DNA of 64,000 bases from an uncultured delta proteobacterium (GCA_963845195.1 CAWJRH010000001.1:526193-590192), one strand, 5' to 3'; positions 1 through 9,581 are shown, counted from the first letter of the stretch. Translations and numbers: made by a program. Notes: generated by a model not told the origin, from the letters alone.

Positions 1-804
1 CGCAACGACTACGTCGAGGCCCTTGGGCGCGGCTTCGGGATCGTCATCACGGACGAGCAGACCTATCGAGGCGTGGGGTTCGTACGCATGCGGAGCCATC
101 TCTGGGTTGCGCGCGACTCGGTCCGGTTTGTGAAAGGGAGCGCGTTTCGCGGGACGATTATCCGTCCCAACGAACCTGCATTCGCGTGGGTGAGCGAGAG
201 TCCGACCCGGGTGCATGCGGCGCCGCGCGGCCCGGCCAGGCACAGACTCGATCGGCACAGCTTGGTCAGAGTGGCTGCGGAACGAAACGGATGGGTTCAA
301 CTCTCCGGCGGAGGTTGGGTTCGCGCCACCAGTCTTACACGTCCGAGGTTCGTCAGCCCGCCCGATGGCATCGAGACGCATCAACGATGGATCGACGTCG
401 ACCTCGAGCGGCAGGTGCTCGTTGCGTACGAAGGGGCGACGCCGCGCTTCGCAACCTTGATTTCATCAGGGAAGCCCACCCCGGCCTCACAGACTCCACG
501 CGGCCTCTTCGAGATCTGGGCGAAACTCGATGCAACCGACATGGATGACATCGAGCGCACCGACGTGCCTCAGAACTACTCAATTCAAGACGTGCCCTGG
601 GTCCAGTTCTTCGAGAAGAGCTATGGGTTTCACGCTGCGTTCTGGCACGACGACTTCGGGCGACGCCGAAGCCACGGGTGCATCAATCTATCCCCGGCCG
701 ACGCGCGGACCCTCTTTCGCTTCACCGAGCCGATGCTGCCCCCCGGTTGGAACGCCATCCTGTCGATGCCTCAGGACCGGCCGACGGTGGTTCAGGTTCG
801 ATAG
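1..804 (+). CDS. L,D-transpeptidase (YkuD domain), 5'-truncated by window edge
   Basis: The frame of ORF 73..804 stays open back to nt 1. The C-terminal motif RRRSHGCINLSPADA matches the YkuD catalytic SHGC signature. Stop at 802-804. Confidence 0.8.
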   Translation, partial: RNDYVEALGRGFGIVITDEQTYRGVGFVRMRSHLWVARDSVRFVKGSAFRGTIIRPNEPAFAWVSESPTRVHAAPRGPARHRLDRHSLVRVAAERNGWVQLSGGGWVRATSLTRPRFVSPPDGIETHQRWIDVDLERQVLVAYEGATPRFATLISSGKPTPASQTPRGLFEIWAKLDATDMDDIERTDVPQNYSIQDVPWVQFFEKSYGFHAAFWHDDFGRRRSHGCINLSPADARTLFRFTEPMLPPGWNAILSMPQDRPTVVQVR

Positions 805-894
805 GCCCGATTCCAGGGCGCCCGCGGCTGGCTTCGGTCGAAGTTGCGGCCGGGTTTTGCGCGGTGACCGAGCCAGCCTTACAAAGAAGGTCTC

Positions 895-1728
895 GTGCAA
901 GTACGGTTTTCAAAATACGAAGGGCTCGGCAACGACTTCCTCGTCATCGACGAAGCCGACCTCGGTGGGCTTGCGCTCACCGTTGACCAGGCGGTTGCGC
1001 TCTGCGATCGCCATCGAGGCGTTGGCGGGGACGGCGTGCTCGTCGTGGGTCGCGAACCCGCTTCGATGCGCGTGATCAACGCCGACGGCTCGGTCCCCGA
1101 GATGTGCGGCAACGGAGTTCGGTGCGTTGCCCTTCACATCGCGCGTCTTCGCGACGCATCGAATCTCGAGATTCCCATCGATACCGCGGCGGGCCCTCAG
1201 CGCTGCGCTGTCGAGCGCACGGGCAACCGCGGTGAGGTCACCGTGCAGATGTCTGGTGGCACCCTCGCTCCCGAAGCGATCGGTCTCGCGAGCAACAGGC
1301 CCTGGAAGGATGAACCCATGGAGATCGACGGTCGTGCCCTGCAGGTGACCGCAGTCTCGATGGGGAACCCACACGCGGTGATCTTCAACGAGGTCGGCGA
1401 TGCGCGCTTTGCGCTTGGCGAGCGCTTTCAGCAGGACCCGCGGTTCGGCGACGGTGTTAACGTCGGGTTCGTCTCCGAACTCGCTGCGGGTTCCATCCGG
1501 CTCGACGTCCTCGAGCGCGGCGCGGGCTGGACCCAGGCCTGCGGAACCGGCGCGGCGGCCGCGGTCGTCGCGGCGGCGGAGACGGATCGGCTTCCACGGC
1601 ACACGCCGATCGCCGTTCAGCTTCCTGGCGGGACACTGACGATGACCGTCGGTGCGCTCGGCGATCCCGTCACCATGACCGGACCCGCGCGATTCGTGTT
1701 TTCAGGAGAAGTCGGCGTTGCACGCTGA
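895..1728 (+). CDS. dapF: diaminopimelate epimerase
   Basis: GTG start with AAGAAGG 5-11 nt upstream. Motifs YEGLGNDFLVID, MCGNGVRC, SMGNPHAV and ACGTGAAAA include the two catalytic Cys motifs of DapF. Confidence 0.95.
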   Translation: MQVRFSKYEGLGNDFLVIDEADLGGLALTVDQAVALCDRHRGVGGDGVLVVGREPASMRVINADGSVPEMCGNGVRCVALHIARLRDASNLEIPIDTAAGPQRCAVERTGNRGEVTVQMSGGTLAPEAIGLASNRPWKDEPMEIDGRALQVTAVSMGNPHAVIFNEVGDARFALGERFQQDPRFGDGVNVGFVSELAAGSIRLDVLERGAGWTQACGTGAAAAVVAAAETDRLPRHTPIAVQLPGGTLTMTVGALGDPVTMTGPARFVFSGEVGVAR

Positions 1729-1763
1729 TTGCGGTATTGGCGTCTAGCGGGTAGAAGCTGACG

Positions 1764-3884
1764 ATGCCCGTTGCATTCCGGACCGCGTTCCTCGCGGCGA
1801 CAGTCTTTTTTGCGGCGTGTAGCAGCGACTCCGACCAACCTCCGGTCTCTCCCGATCCGGGCCGCTGCGCGAACTTCGACGAGCTGCGCCAGCCGCTCTT
1901 TGGCGACACGCACGTCCACACGGTGCTGTCGCTCGATGCGAACCTGCAGGGCACGCGTCCGGGACCGATGGACGCCTACGCGTTTGCGCGCGGCGGCACG
2001 TTAGGCGTGCAGCCGTACGACGAAGACGGGAACGCGCTGCGGAGCGCGGCCCTCGATCGCCCGCTCGACTTCGTGATGCTCAGCGACCACGCGGAGTTCC
2101 TCGGAACCATCGCCGCCTGCAACGACCCGAGTTCGCCCGCCTACGATCGAGAGGCCTCGCCGGTCTCATGCCAAGACTTCCGCGACGATCCGCCCGGCGT
2201 CTTCATCACGCTCAACGGAGCATTGGCAATTCCTCCCGAGAGCGCGGCCTACCCGACACTCTGTGGAGACCCCGACGGCGGCGACTGCCTCACAGCCGGG
2301 CTCGACGTCTGGGCTCAGGTTCGTGAAGCCGCCGACGCGGCGAACGACGGTTCGGAGAGCTGCGAGTTCACGGCCTTCGTCGGCTACGAATGGTCGGCGA
2401 CCCCGGCCGGGCTCAACCTGCACCGCAACATTCTCTTCCGAAACGGGACCGTCCCCGACTACCCGATCGGCTATTTCGATGAGCCCCACGCCCAGGATCT
2501 GTGGGCAAGGCTCCGTGACGAGTGCATCGATGCGAACACCGGGTGCGACGTGCTTTCGATTCCGCACAACTCCAACATCGCAGGGGGACTGTTCTTCGAA
2601 ACCGTCCAAAAGGACGGCAGCCCCTTCGACGCGGACTACGTGCAGCTTCGTCACGATCTCGAGCCGGTCATCGAGATCTTTCAGCACAAGGGCGCCTCGG
2701 AGTGTCAGCCCGGCCAGCTCATCTCGGATGAGCTCTGCGGCTTCGAGTTCCTTCCGTTTTCCTCGCAGGCGGCCAACACGCTCGAGATTTACAGCGACCC
2801 GGTTCCTACGGATTTCGTGCGAAGCGCGCTCGGTGAAGGGTTGAAGCTCGAGGAGAGCTTTGGGGTTAATCCGTTCCAGCATGGAATGATCTCGGCGACC
2901 GACACGCACATCGCCGCTCCCGGCTACGACGACGAGAAGAACTTCATCGGGCACGGTGGCGGCGGGCAGAGCAACCGCGACATCGTTCCTGAGGGCTTTC
3001 CCGACATCACGACTCTCAATCCGGGCGGCCCTGGGGGCGTCTGGGCGGAGGAGAACTCACGCGAGGCGATCTTCGATGCGATTCGGCGCCGAGAGACCTT
3101 CGGGACGAGCGGCCCGCGGATCGTACCGCGCGTGTTCGTAGGCTGGGACCTGCCGAGCGATCTGTGCGATTCACCCGACCTTGCGAGGATCGGGTACGCA
3201 GAGGGCGTGCCGATGGGTGGGGAGCTCACCGATGCGCCCGAGGGCGTGAGCCCGAAGGTACTGGTCTCGGCGCGACAGGACGCGCAGAGCGCGCCGCTGC
3301 AGCGGATCCAGATCGTAAAAGGCTGGCTCGAAGGCGACGACTACCAGGTACAGGTGTACGACGTGGCGGGCGACGGCAACAACGGGGCGAGCGTCGACCT
3401 CGACACCTGCGAGACGACGGGGACGGGCTTTGCGGACCTGTGCCGGGTCTGGGAAGACCCGGACTTCGACCCGACGGAGCGGGCGTTTTACTACGCGCGA
3501 ATCGTCGAGAACCCGACCTGCCGCTGGAGTACGTTCCAGTGCTCAGAGCAGAGCGTCGACTGCGGCGACTGGGACGCCGATGCGTGCGAGACGCTCGAGG
3601 CGACGGGGCAGCGGGACTTCACCTGCGACTGCTGCAACCCGAAGACCGGTCTCAACGTCGGGTTCTGCGACCAGGTCGCCGCGGGTCTGACGGGCGATGA
3701 GGCGGCCTGCTGCGTGAGCGACAGCCCGACTTCTCTCGTGAGTCCACAGTTTTGCGCAGGCGTCGCCGACGAGGTTGCCGAGTCGGTGTCTCCTGAAGCC
3801 GGTGCCTGCTGCTTGCCTCGGGTCGAGCCAGCGATTCAAGAGCGCGCCTGGACCTCGCCCGTCTGGGTGCAGCCCAGTCGATAG
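1764..3884 (+). CDS. DUF3604-family lipoprotein (PHP-like metal-dependent phosphoesterase fold), copy A
   Basis: Lipoprotein signal ending FFAAC|SS. N-terminal LFGDTHVHTVLSLDA (HxH), then SDHAEF, SIPHNSN and ATDTHIA. The C-terminal ERAWTSPVWV is as I recall for DUF3604. A 13-Cys insert lies before the C-terminus. Confidence 0.8.
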   Translation: MPVAFRTAFLAATVFFAACSSDSDQPPVSPDPGRCANFDELRQPLFGDTHVHTVLSLDANLQGTRPGPMDAYAFARGGTLGVQPYDEDGNALRSAALDRPLDFVMLSDHAEFLGTIAACNDPSSPAYDREASPVSCQDFRDDPPGVFITLNGALAIPPESAAYPTLCGDPDGGDCLTAGLDVWAQVREAADAANDGSESCEFTAFVGYEWSATPAGLNLHRNILFRNGTVPDYPIGYFDEPHAQDLWARLRDECIDANTGCDVLSIPHNSNIAGGLFFETVQKDGSPFDADYVQLRHDLEPVIEIFQHKGASECQPGQLISDELCGFEFLPFSSQAANTLEIYSDPVPTDFVRSALGEGLKLEESFGVNPFQHGMISATDTHIAAPGYDDEKNFIGHGGGGQSNRDIVPEGFPDITTLNPGGPGGVWAEENSREAIFDAIRRRETFGTSGPRIVPRVFVGWDLPSDLCDSPDLARIGYAEGVPMGGELTDAPEGVSPKVLVSARQDAQSAPLQRIQIVKGWLEGDDYQVQVYDVAGDGNNGASVDLDTCETTGTGFADLCRVWEDPDFDPTERAFYYARIVENPTCRWSTFQCSEQSVDCGDWDADACETLEATGQRDFTCDCCNPKTGLNVGFCDQVAAGLTGDEAACCVSDSPTSLVSPQFCAGVADEVAESVSPEAGACCLPRVEPAIQERAWTSPVWVQPSR
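1857..2149 (+). repeat. Near-identical 5' block shared by the DUF3604 paralogues (partner 4062..4354, offset 2205)
   Basis: Direct comparison shows the first ~140 nt differ at one position (gggacc vs ggggcc). After that, substitutions are scattered. Confidence 0.85.
2890..3850 (+). repeat. Near-identical 3' block shared by the DUF3604 paralogues (partner 5104..6064, offset 2214, no indels)
   Basis: The encoded ~320 aa differ at about 5 residues (e.g. GGGGQ/GGAGQ, GNNG/GDNG, LDTC/LETC, CRVW/CTVW, VGFC/VEFC). The central third of the proteins is much more diverged and contains indels. Confidence 0.85.
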
Positions 3885-3959
3885 GCTGCTTGCGCGCTGG
3901 GGGATCGCTCCGCCGCCATGCCGATTGCAGTATCGCCCTCATGCGGTAAAACGCCGGCC

Positions 3960-6098
3960 ATGACTTTCCCTCGTTGGGCTGCGCCTCTCGCAGTGCTTCC
4001 TCTTCTTGTTTTCCTTACCTCTTGCAGCGACGACTCCGACAGTCCCCCCACCCCGCCTGGGCCGGGCCGCTGCGCGAACTTCGACGAGCTGCGCCAGCCG
4101 CTCTTTGGCGACACGCACGTCCACACGGTGCTGTCGCTCGATGCGAACCTGCAGGGCACGCGTCCGGGGCCGATGGACGCCTACGCGTTTGCGCGCGGCG
4201 GCACGATAGGCGTACAGCCGTACGACGAAGACGGGAACGCGTTGCGGAGTGCGACCCTCGATCGCCCGCTCGACTTTGTGATGGTCAGCGACCACGCGGA
4301 GTTCCTCGGAACCATCGCCGTGTGCAACGACCCGAGTTCGCCCGCCTACGATCGGCCCGTCGAGAACCAGCCCAGCTGCGCGGACTACCGTGACGAGAGT
4401 CAGGCCGACACGGTCTTCGTCCAGCTCAACTCTCTGGCCGCGGCACAGCCGGCGAACGTCAGCTATCCAGCTCTCTGCGGTGACCCGAACGGCGGTGACT
4501 GTCTCGACGCCGGTCTCAATGTCTGGACCCAGGTGCAAGAGGCCGCCGAGGCCGCTTACGACCGGTCGAGCAGCTGCGAGTTCACGTCGTTCGTCGGCTA
4601 CGAATGGACCGCAAGCACCGGCGGTCGCAACCTTCACCGGAACATCATGTTTCGGAACGAGATCGCCCTCGACTATCCGATCAGCTACTTCGACGAGCCC
4701 TACGCCCAGGACCTCTGGTCGAGGCTCCGCGATGACTGCATCGATGCGGACACCGGGTGCGACGTGCTGTCCATCGCGCACAACTCCAACATCGCGGCAG
4801 GACTCTACTTCGAAACCGTGCAGAAGGATGGCAGCCCCTTCGACGCAAGCTACGCGCAGCTTCGTCGCGATCTCGAGCCCGCGCTCGAAATTTTCCAGCA
4901 CAAAGGTGCGTCAGAGTGCCTCCCGGGCCAGCTCATTTCGGACGAACTTTGCGGGTTCGAGTCGCTTCCTTTTTCGACGCAGGCCAACAACTTCCTCGGC
5001 ATCTACAGCGACCCGGTTCCTACGGACTTCGTGCGAAGCGCGCTCGGTGAAGGGTTGAAGCTCGACGCGAGCCTCGGCGTGAACCCGTTTCAGTTCGGCA
5101 TCACGTCGGCGACCGACACGCACATCGCCGCTCCCGGCTATGACGACGAGAAGAACTTCATCGGACACGGCGGTGCAGGGCAGAGCAACCGCGATATCGT
5201 TCCTGAGGGCTTTCCCGACATCACGACTCTCAATCCGGGCGGCCCGGGCGGCGTCTGGGCGGAGGAGAACTCACGCGAGGCGATCTTCGATGCGATTCGG
5301 CGCCGAGAGACTTTCGGGACGAGCGGCCCGCGGATCGTACCGCGCGTGTTCGTGGGCTGGGACCTGCCGAGCGATCTGTGCGATTCACCCGACCTTGCGA
5401 GGATCGGGTACGCAGAGGGCGTGCCGATGGGTGGGGAGCTCACCGATGCGCCCGAGGGCGTGAGCCCGAAGGTACTGGTCTCGGCGCGACAGGACGCGCA
5501 GAGCGCGCCGCTTCAGCGGATCCAGATCGTAAAAGGCTGGCTCGAAGGCGACGACTACCAGGTGCAGGTGTACGACGTGGCGGGCGACGGCGACAACGGG
5601 GCGAGCGTCGACCTCGAGACCTGCGAGACGACGGGGACGGGCTTTGCGGACCTGTGCACGGTCTGGGAAGACCCGGACTTCGACCCGACGGAGCGGGCGT
5701 TTTACTACGCGCGAATCGTCGAGAACCCGACCTGCCGCTGGAGTACGTTCCAGTGCTCAGAGCAGAGCGTCGACTGCGGCGACTGGGACGCCGATGCGTG
5801 CGAGACGCTCGAGGCGACGGGGCAGCGGGACTTCACCTGCGACTGCTGCAACCCGAAGACCGGTCTCAACGTCGAGTTCTGCGACCAGGTCGCCGCGGGT
5901 CTGACGGGCGATGAGGCGGCCTGCTGCGTGAGCGACAGCCCGACTTCTCTCGTGAGTCCACAGTTTTGCGCAGGCGTCGCCGACGAGGTTGCCGAGTCGG
6001 TGTCTCCTGAAGCCGGTGCCTGCTGCTTGCCTCGGGTCGAGCCAGCGATTCAAGAGCGCGCCTGGACCTCCCCGGTTTGGGTCCAGCCCAGCCCGTGA
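3960..6098 (+). CDS. DUF3604-family lipoprotein, copy B (tandem paralogue)
   Basis: Same motifs as copy A. ATG 3960 gives a canonical lipoprotein signal, MTFPRWAAPLAVLPLLVFLTSC. The tracked start 3918 is also possible. Confidence 0.8.
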   Translation: MTFPRWAAPLAVLPLLVFLTSCSDDSDSPPTPPGPGRCANFDELRQPLFGDTHVHTVLSLDANLQGTRPGPMDAYAFARGGTIGVQPYDEDGNALRSATLDRPLDFVMVSDHAEFLGTIAVCNDPSSPAYDRPVENQPSCADYRDESQADTVFVQLNSLAAAQPANVSYPALCGDPNGGDCLDAGLNVWTQVQEAAEAAYDRSSSCEFTSFVGYEWTASTGGRNLHRNIMFRNEIALDYPISYFDEPYAQDLWSRLRDDCIDADTGCDVLSIAHNSNIAAGLYFETVQKDGSPFDASYAQLRRDLEPALEIFQHKGASECLPGQLISDELCGFESLPFSTQANNFLGIYSDPVPTDFVRSALGEGLKLDASLGVNPFQFGITSATDTHIAAPGYDDEKNFIGHGGAGQSNRDIVPEGFPDITTLNPGGPGGVWAEENSREAIFDAIRRRETFGTSGPRIVPRVFVGWDLPSDLCDSPDLARIGYAEGVPMGGELTDAPEGVSPKVLVSARQDAQSAPLQRIQIVKGWLEGDDYQVQVYDVAGDGDNGASVDLETCETTGTGFADLCTVWEDPDFDPTERAFYYARIVENPTCRWSTFQCSEQSVDCGDWDADACETLEATGQRDFTCDCCNPKTGLNVEFCDQVAAGLTGDEAACCVSDSPTSLVSPQFCAGVADEVAESVSPEAGACCLPRVEPAIQERAWTSPVWVQPSP

Positions 6099-6976
6099 TG
6101 CTCCGCCCTCTGGTGCACTTCTTCTTGATCGGTGCGCTCCTCTACGCTGGCCGCGTGGCACTCGATCTCGAACGAGGCGAGCCGCCTGAGATCACGGTGT
6201 TCGTCCCCGCCGGCGCGAACGACGCCCAAGTCGACAAAGAGATTGAGAATCAGATTCTTCTCAACGAAGCGCGCCGGTACGGCTGGTACCAGACCGATCC
6301 GATCGTCTTCAATCACCTCGTCCGCAACATGCGGTTCATCGAACCAGACAGTCCACAGAGCGACGCAGCCCTGTTTCAACGCGCGCTCGAGATGAACATG
6401 CAGGAGCACGACCCGATCGTTCGCGCGCGACTGCTCTACCGCGCCCGAGAGGCTCTCCGGTACGTTCCCGAAGACGAGATGCCTACCCGCGAGGAACTCG
6501 CCGAGCATCGTGCAGCGCACCCGGATCGATTCGAACGGGAGGGAAAGATTCGCTTCGAGCACCTTTTCCTGAGCGGCACCAAGCGCGGCGAGAAGCTCGC
6601 CTCCGACGCAGTTGCGGTTCGCGCCCAGCTGGACGCGCTCGGGGAAGAGACGCCCGAAGGAATCGGCGATCCCCTTCCCGGCCTGCGACCGGTCCAGTCC
6701 AGTCGGGCATCCGAAATCGCTGCGAGCTACGGCGACGCCCTTGCGAACGTGCTCGGTGAGGGCCTGATCGGAGTCTGGCGAGGGCCGGTTTCTTCGGTCT
6801 ATGGCCTGCACTTCGTTCGCGTGCTCGACACCGAACCGGCCTCGGTGCCGGAGCTCGAGATCATCGAAGCGGAGGTTCGTGCCGACCGCCTCGAGGAGAT
6901 CCGGACCGCGCGCGCCGAGGAGCGCCTCGAGGCGCTTCGGGGTGCTTACGTCGTGCAGCTGGAGAGAGCCCGGTGA
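6098..6976 (+). CDS. membrane-anchored parvulin-like peptidyl-prolyl isomerase family protein
   Basis: ATG 6098 overlaps the upstream stop (TGATG at 6096-6100). N-terminal TM helix LVHFFLIGALLYAG. C-terminal GPVSSVYGLHFVRV resembles the PpiC rotamase signature. The tracked TTG start at 6077 is less likely. Confidence 0.65.
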   Translation: MLRPLVHFFLIGALLYAGRVALDLERGEPPEITVFVPAGANDAQVDKEIENQILLNEARRYGWYQTDPIVFNHLVRNMRFIEPDSPQSDAALFQRALEMNMQEHDPIVRARLLYRAREALRYVPEDEMPTREELAEHRAAHPDRFEREGKIRFEHLFLSGTKRGEKLASDAVAVRAQLDALGEETPEGIGDPLPGLRPVQSSRASEIAASYGDALANVLGEGLIGVWRGPVSSVYGLHFVRVLDTEPASVPELEIIEAEVRADRLEEIRTARAEERLEALRGAYVVQLERAR

Positions 6977-7992
6977 AGAGCGGATCCGCCGTCACCGCGG
7001 TCCTTTTGTGCCTGAGCGCGCTTGTCGGGCTCGCCACACCGGCGTCGGCTCATCCCCTCGCACCGGCGGTGCTCTCACTCATGCCGAGCGAGGAAGACGG
7101 CACCGTCACGATGACCTGGCGCGCGCCAGCCACTCGACCCACCGGACAGTCGCTCCGCCCAACGTTCCCCGAAGGCTGTGTCCCGCTTGGGCCCACCTCA
7201 CGCGAGATGCTCGAGGAGCGAACGTCGTTCATCGAGACGACCACCCTGCGCTGTGACCCGCCGGATCTTCTGGGACTCACAATCACGGTGGACGGTCTCG
7301 AACGCTCGACCGTGAACGTGGTTCTGCGCCTCGGACGCGGTGACGGGTCGGTTGACCATGCGATCATCGACGCGCGCAGCCCCTCGTTTACAGTAGCGTC
7401 TGCCGAGGAAGAGACGCCTTCGTTCTTTGCCTATCTCGGTCTCGGGGTCGAGCATCTCGTCACAGGTTGGGATCACCTGACTTTCGTGCTCGGACTGTTG
7501 ATCTTGTTTGGCTGGCACCGGCGCCTCATCGCCGCCGTCACGGCATTCACGCTTGGGCACAGCCTTACCCTGGCGCTCTCCGTGCTCGGTGTGGTCAGCG
7601 TGCCCCAAGCCCTCGTCGAAGCCTTGATTGCCTTGACCATCGTGGTGCTTGCGCTCGAGATTCAAGCCGGTGGACGCGGCCTTGTCTGGAAGCACCCCTG
7701 GGCGCTCCCCGCCTCGCTCGGTCTCTTGCACGGGCTCGGCTTCGCATCGGTGCTCTTCGAGGCGGGCCTGCCCGCGTCCGAGATTCCACTTGCGCTGCTC
7801 GGCTTCAACCTCGGTCTGGAAGTTGGCCAGCTTGCGGTGATCGCCTGTGCGTACGTCGTGTTTCGCCTGTTCCGGGGCCTGATGCCCGAATCGCTGCGAG
7901 ACAACCGTTCGATCCCCGCCTACGCGATCGGATCGATTGCAGCCTACTGGACGATCGAGCGCACCCTCGCCGCGTTTGGGATTGTCGCCTAG
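6973..7992 (+). CDS. HupE/UreJ family metal-transport accessory protein with N-terminal periplasmic extension
   Basis: GTG 6973 overlaps the upstream stop (GTGA), with GGAGAG just upstream. It has a signal peptide. HLVTGWDHLTFVLGLL plus further TM helices are typical of HupE/UreJ. About 150 extra N-terminal residues precede this. Confidence 0.75.
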   Translation: MKSGSAVTAVLLCLSALVGLATPASAHPLAPAVLSLMPSEEDGTVTMTWRAPATRPTGQSLRPTFPEGCVPLGPTSREMLEERTSFIETTTLRCDPPDLLGLTITVDGLERSTVNVVLRLGRGDGSVDHAIIDARSPSFTVASAEEETPSFFAYLGLGVEHLVTGWDHLTFVLGLLILFGWHRRLIAAVTAFTLGHSLTLALSVLGVVSVPQALVEALIALTIVVLALEIQAGGRGLVWKHPWALPASLGLLHGLGFASVLFEAGLPASEIPLALLGFNLGLEVGQLAVIACAYVVFRLFRGLMPESLRDNRSIPAYAIGSIAAYWTIERTLAAFGIVA

Positions 7993-9521
7993 GCGGTACG
8001 CGCCCGGCACGGATCGACCACACCGAAGGCGCCTGCAGCCGCGCGGTCGGACGCGCTCCGTTCTTTGGCGGCGTCGAGGTACCCGCGTAGTTGTTCCGCG
8101 GCAGTCTCGCGATCGAGAGGCGATGCAAGATCGAGGGAGTCGAACACCCCGTCGAGATGCTCCACCAGGAGCGCGGACTCCCTCGCCGCCCGGCTGAGCC
8201 TAGGCGACGTCACCGCCTCGGCTGCCCCGAGGTCGCTCACCGCCCGCGCGAGCAGGCCCCGTCGCGGATACTCGAGGTTTCGGAGCACACGCGGTCCGAA
8301 GAGGCGGTAGTGCCTCACGAACTCACGCACGAAAGTCGCATCGCGCACGTCGTCCCAGGCCTGTGCGCCGACCGACTGTGCGGCCGCCTTGGCTACGAAG
8401 GCCCGCAGGATGAAACGAAAGGCCCAGATGTCCTGCTGGAGATTGCGTTCCGGCGGGTTGGCGGCGTCGTCCGGGGCGCCGCGCTGCGCGAGGCTTCGAA
8501 GGTCGCGCGCTGCCTTCTTCACGCTCAGCCGCACATCCGCAATGCCCTGACGCAGGCGTTCTCCCTCGAGCGCGACCCCGCCCTCGGTTTCGAGTGCCGG
8601 AATCGCCTGATCGAGTGCGTTGCGCGTGTTGGTGTGAATCGTCGTCGCCAGCGCTTCCATCGCATCGCGGAGGTCATGCAGTTGCTGCGCGTTCTCGGTG
8701 ATGTCGGTGCGCGCCCGTGTGATGCGAACGTCGTCTTGCAGCAGAAGACGCGCCTCGAACTCCTCGGCTAGTGATTCCACCCCCTGCACCAGGAGAAATC
8801 GGGTCAATGTTCGGAGTTCACGACGCACCGATGCGACGACCACGTGCGCCTTGTAGAGGCCTTCCTCTTCGTGAATCAGCTGGTCGGCGATCCCGAGGAA
8901 TCGGTGACTTCGAACGAGGGCCAGGAACGCCACCGATGCGGTGAGCTTCGCCGCCTCACTTTTCCAGGCTTCGAGAGACGGAGTGATGCTCTCGGCAAGG
9001 ACCAGCTCGCGCACGTTCGCGAATTCGAGTGGTTCTGGCGGACGAAAGAACGCGTTCGACGCGAGGTCGCGTAGGAAGAGGTCGGAGCTCGCCTGAAAGG
9101 CCCCAGCGTCGACGAGCGGGAGTTCGAGCAATCGCGCAGTGACCCGTGAGGCGTCGGTGAGCGAACGTTCGAGGGCACGGAGCGACGCCTGCGGTTCGAC
9201 CAAGGCAACGATGTCTGAGTGCGCACGCGGGGCTGGCTCGGAGCCCAGGTCGGAAACGAGCGAACGAGCCCAATCGTAAGTTGATACCACCGCGTGCAGG
9301 TGTGGCCGAAAGTCGGTGACGGTTGGACACAGCGGGTGGTTGTCGAGGTGCCGAAACGCAACCAGCCCCGACAGCGCGGCCTGCAGCGGAATGAGCGCCT
9401 CCGCCCGCTGCTCAGCGGTGAGCGCCCGGCGCCACCGACCCCAACGCTCGGCGTCCGAGGGGGCCCAGCGTTCGACCCAAGAGAGGCGGCTCTCGTCAGC
9501 CTGTGGAGAAGGGGAAGTCAT
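7989..9521 (-). CDS. hypothetical protein (510 aa, predicted all-alpha, no recognised motif)
   Basis: Longest ORF in this region. Third-codon positions are strongly G/C-biased, as in neighbouring genes. Same strand as ruvB and 60 nt downstream of it. Confidence 0.7.
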   Translation of the reverse strand: MTSPSPQADESRLSWVERWAPSDAERWGRWRRALTAEQRAEALIPLQAALSGLVAFRHLDNHPLCPTVTDFRPHLHAVVSTYDWARSLVSDLGSEPAPRAHSDIVALVEPQASLRALERSLTDASRVTARLLELPLVDAGAFQASSDLFLRDLASNAFFRPPEPLEFANVRELVLAESITPSLEAWKSEAAKLTASVAFLALVRSHRFLGIADQLIHEEEGLYKAHVVVASVRRELRTLTRFLLVQGVESLAEEFEARLLLQDDVRITRARTDITENAQQLHDLRDAMEALATTIHTNTRNALDQAIPALETEGGVALEGERLRQGIADVRLSVKKAARDLRSLAQRGAPDDAANPPERNLQQDIWAFRFILRAFVAKAAAQSVGAQAWDDVRDATFVREFVRHYRLFGPRVLRNLEYPRRGLLARAVSDLGAAEAVTSPRLSRAARESALLVEHLDGVFDSLDLASPLDRETAAEQLRGYLDAAKERSASDRAAAGAFGVVDPCRARTA

Positions 9522-9581
9522 TCGTTGGGGATTGCACCACAGCCTACGCCCGAAGGCGAGGTCAAAACAGCGCGCTCTAGG

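Noticed and set aside
2166-4901. Long minus-strand ORFs (2166..2954, 3939..4901) inside the DUF3604 genes
   Set aside because: These are shadow ORFs antisense to well-supported plus-strand genes. They are duplicated only because the sense genes are duplicated.
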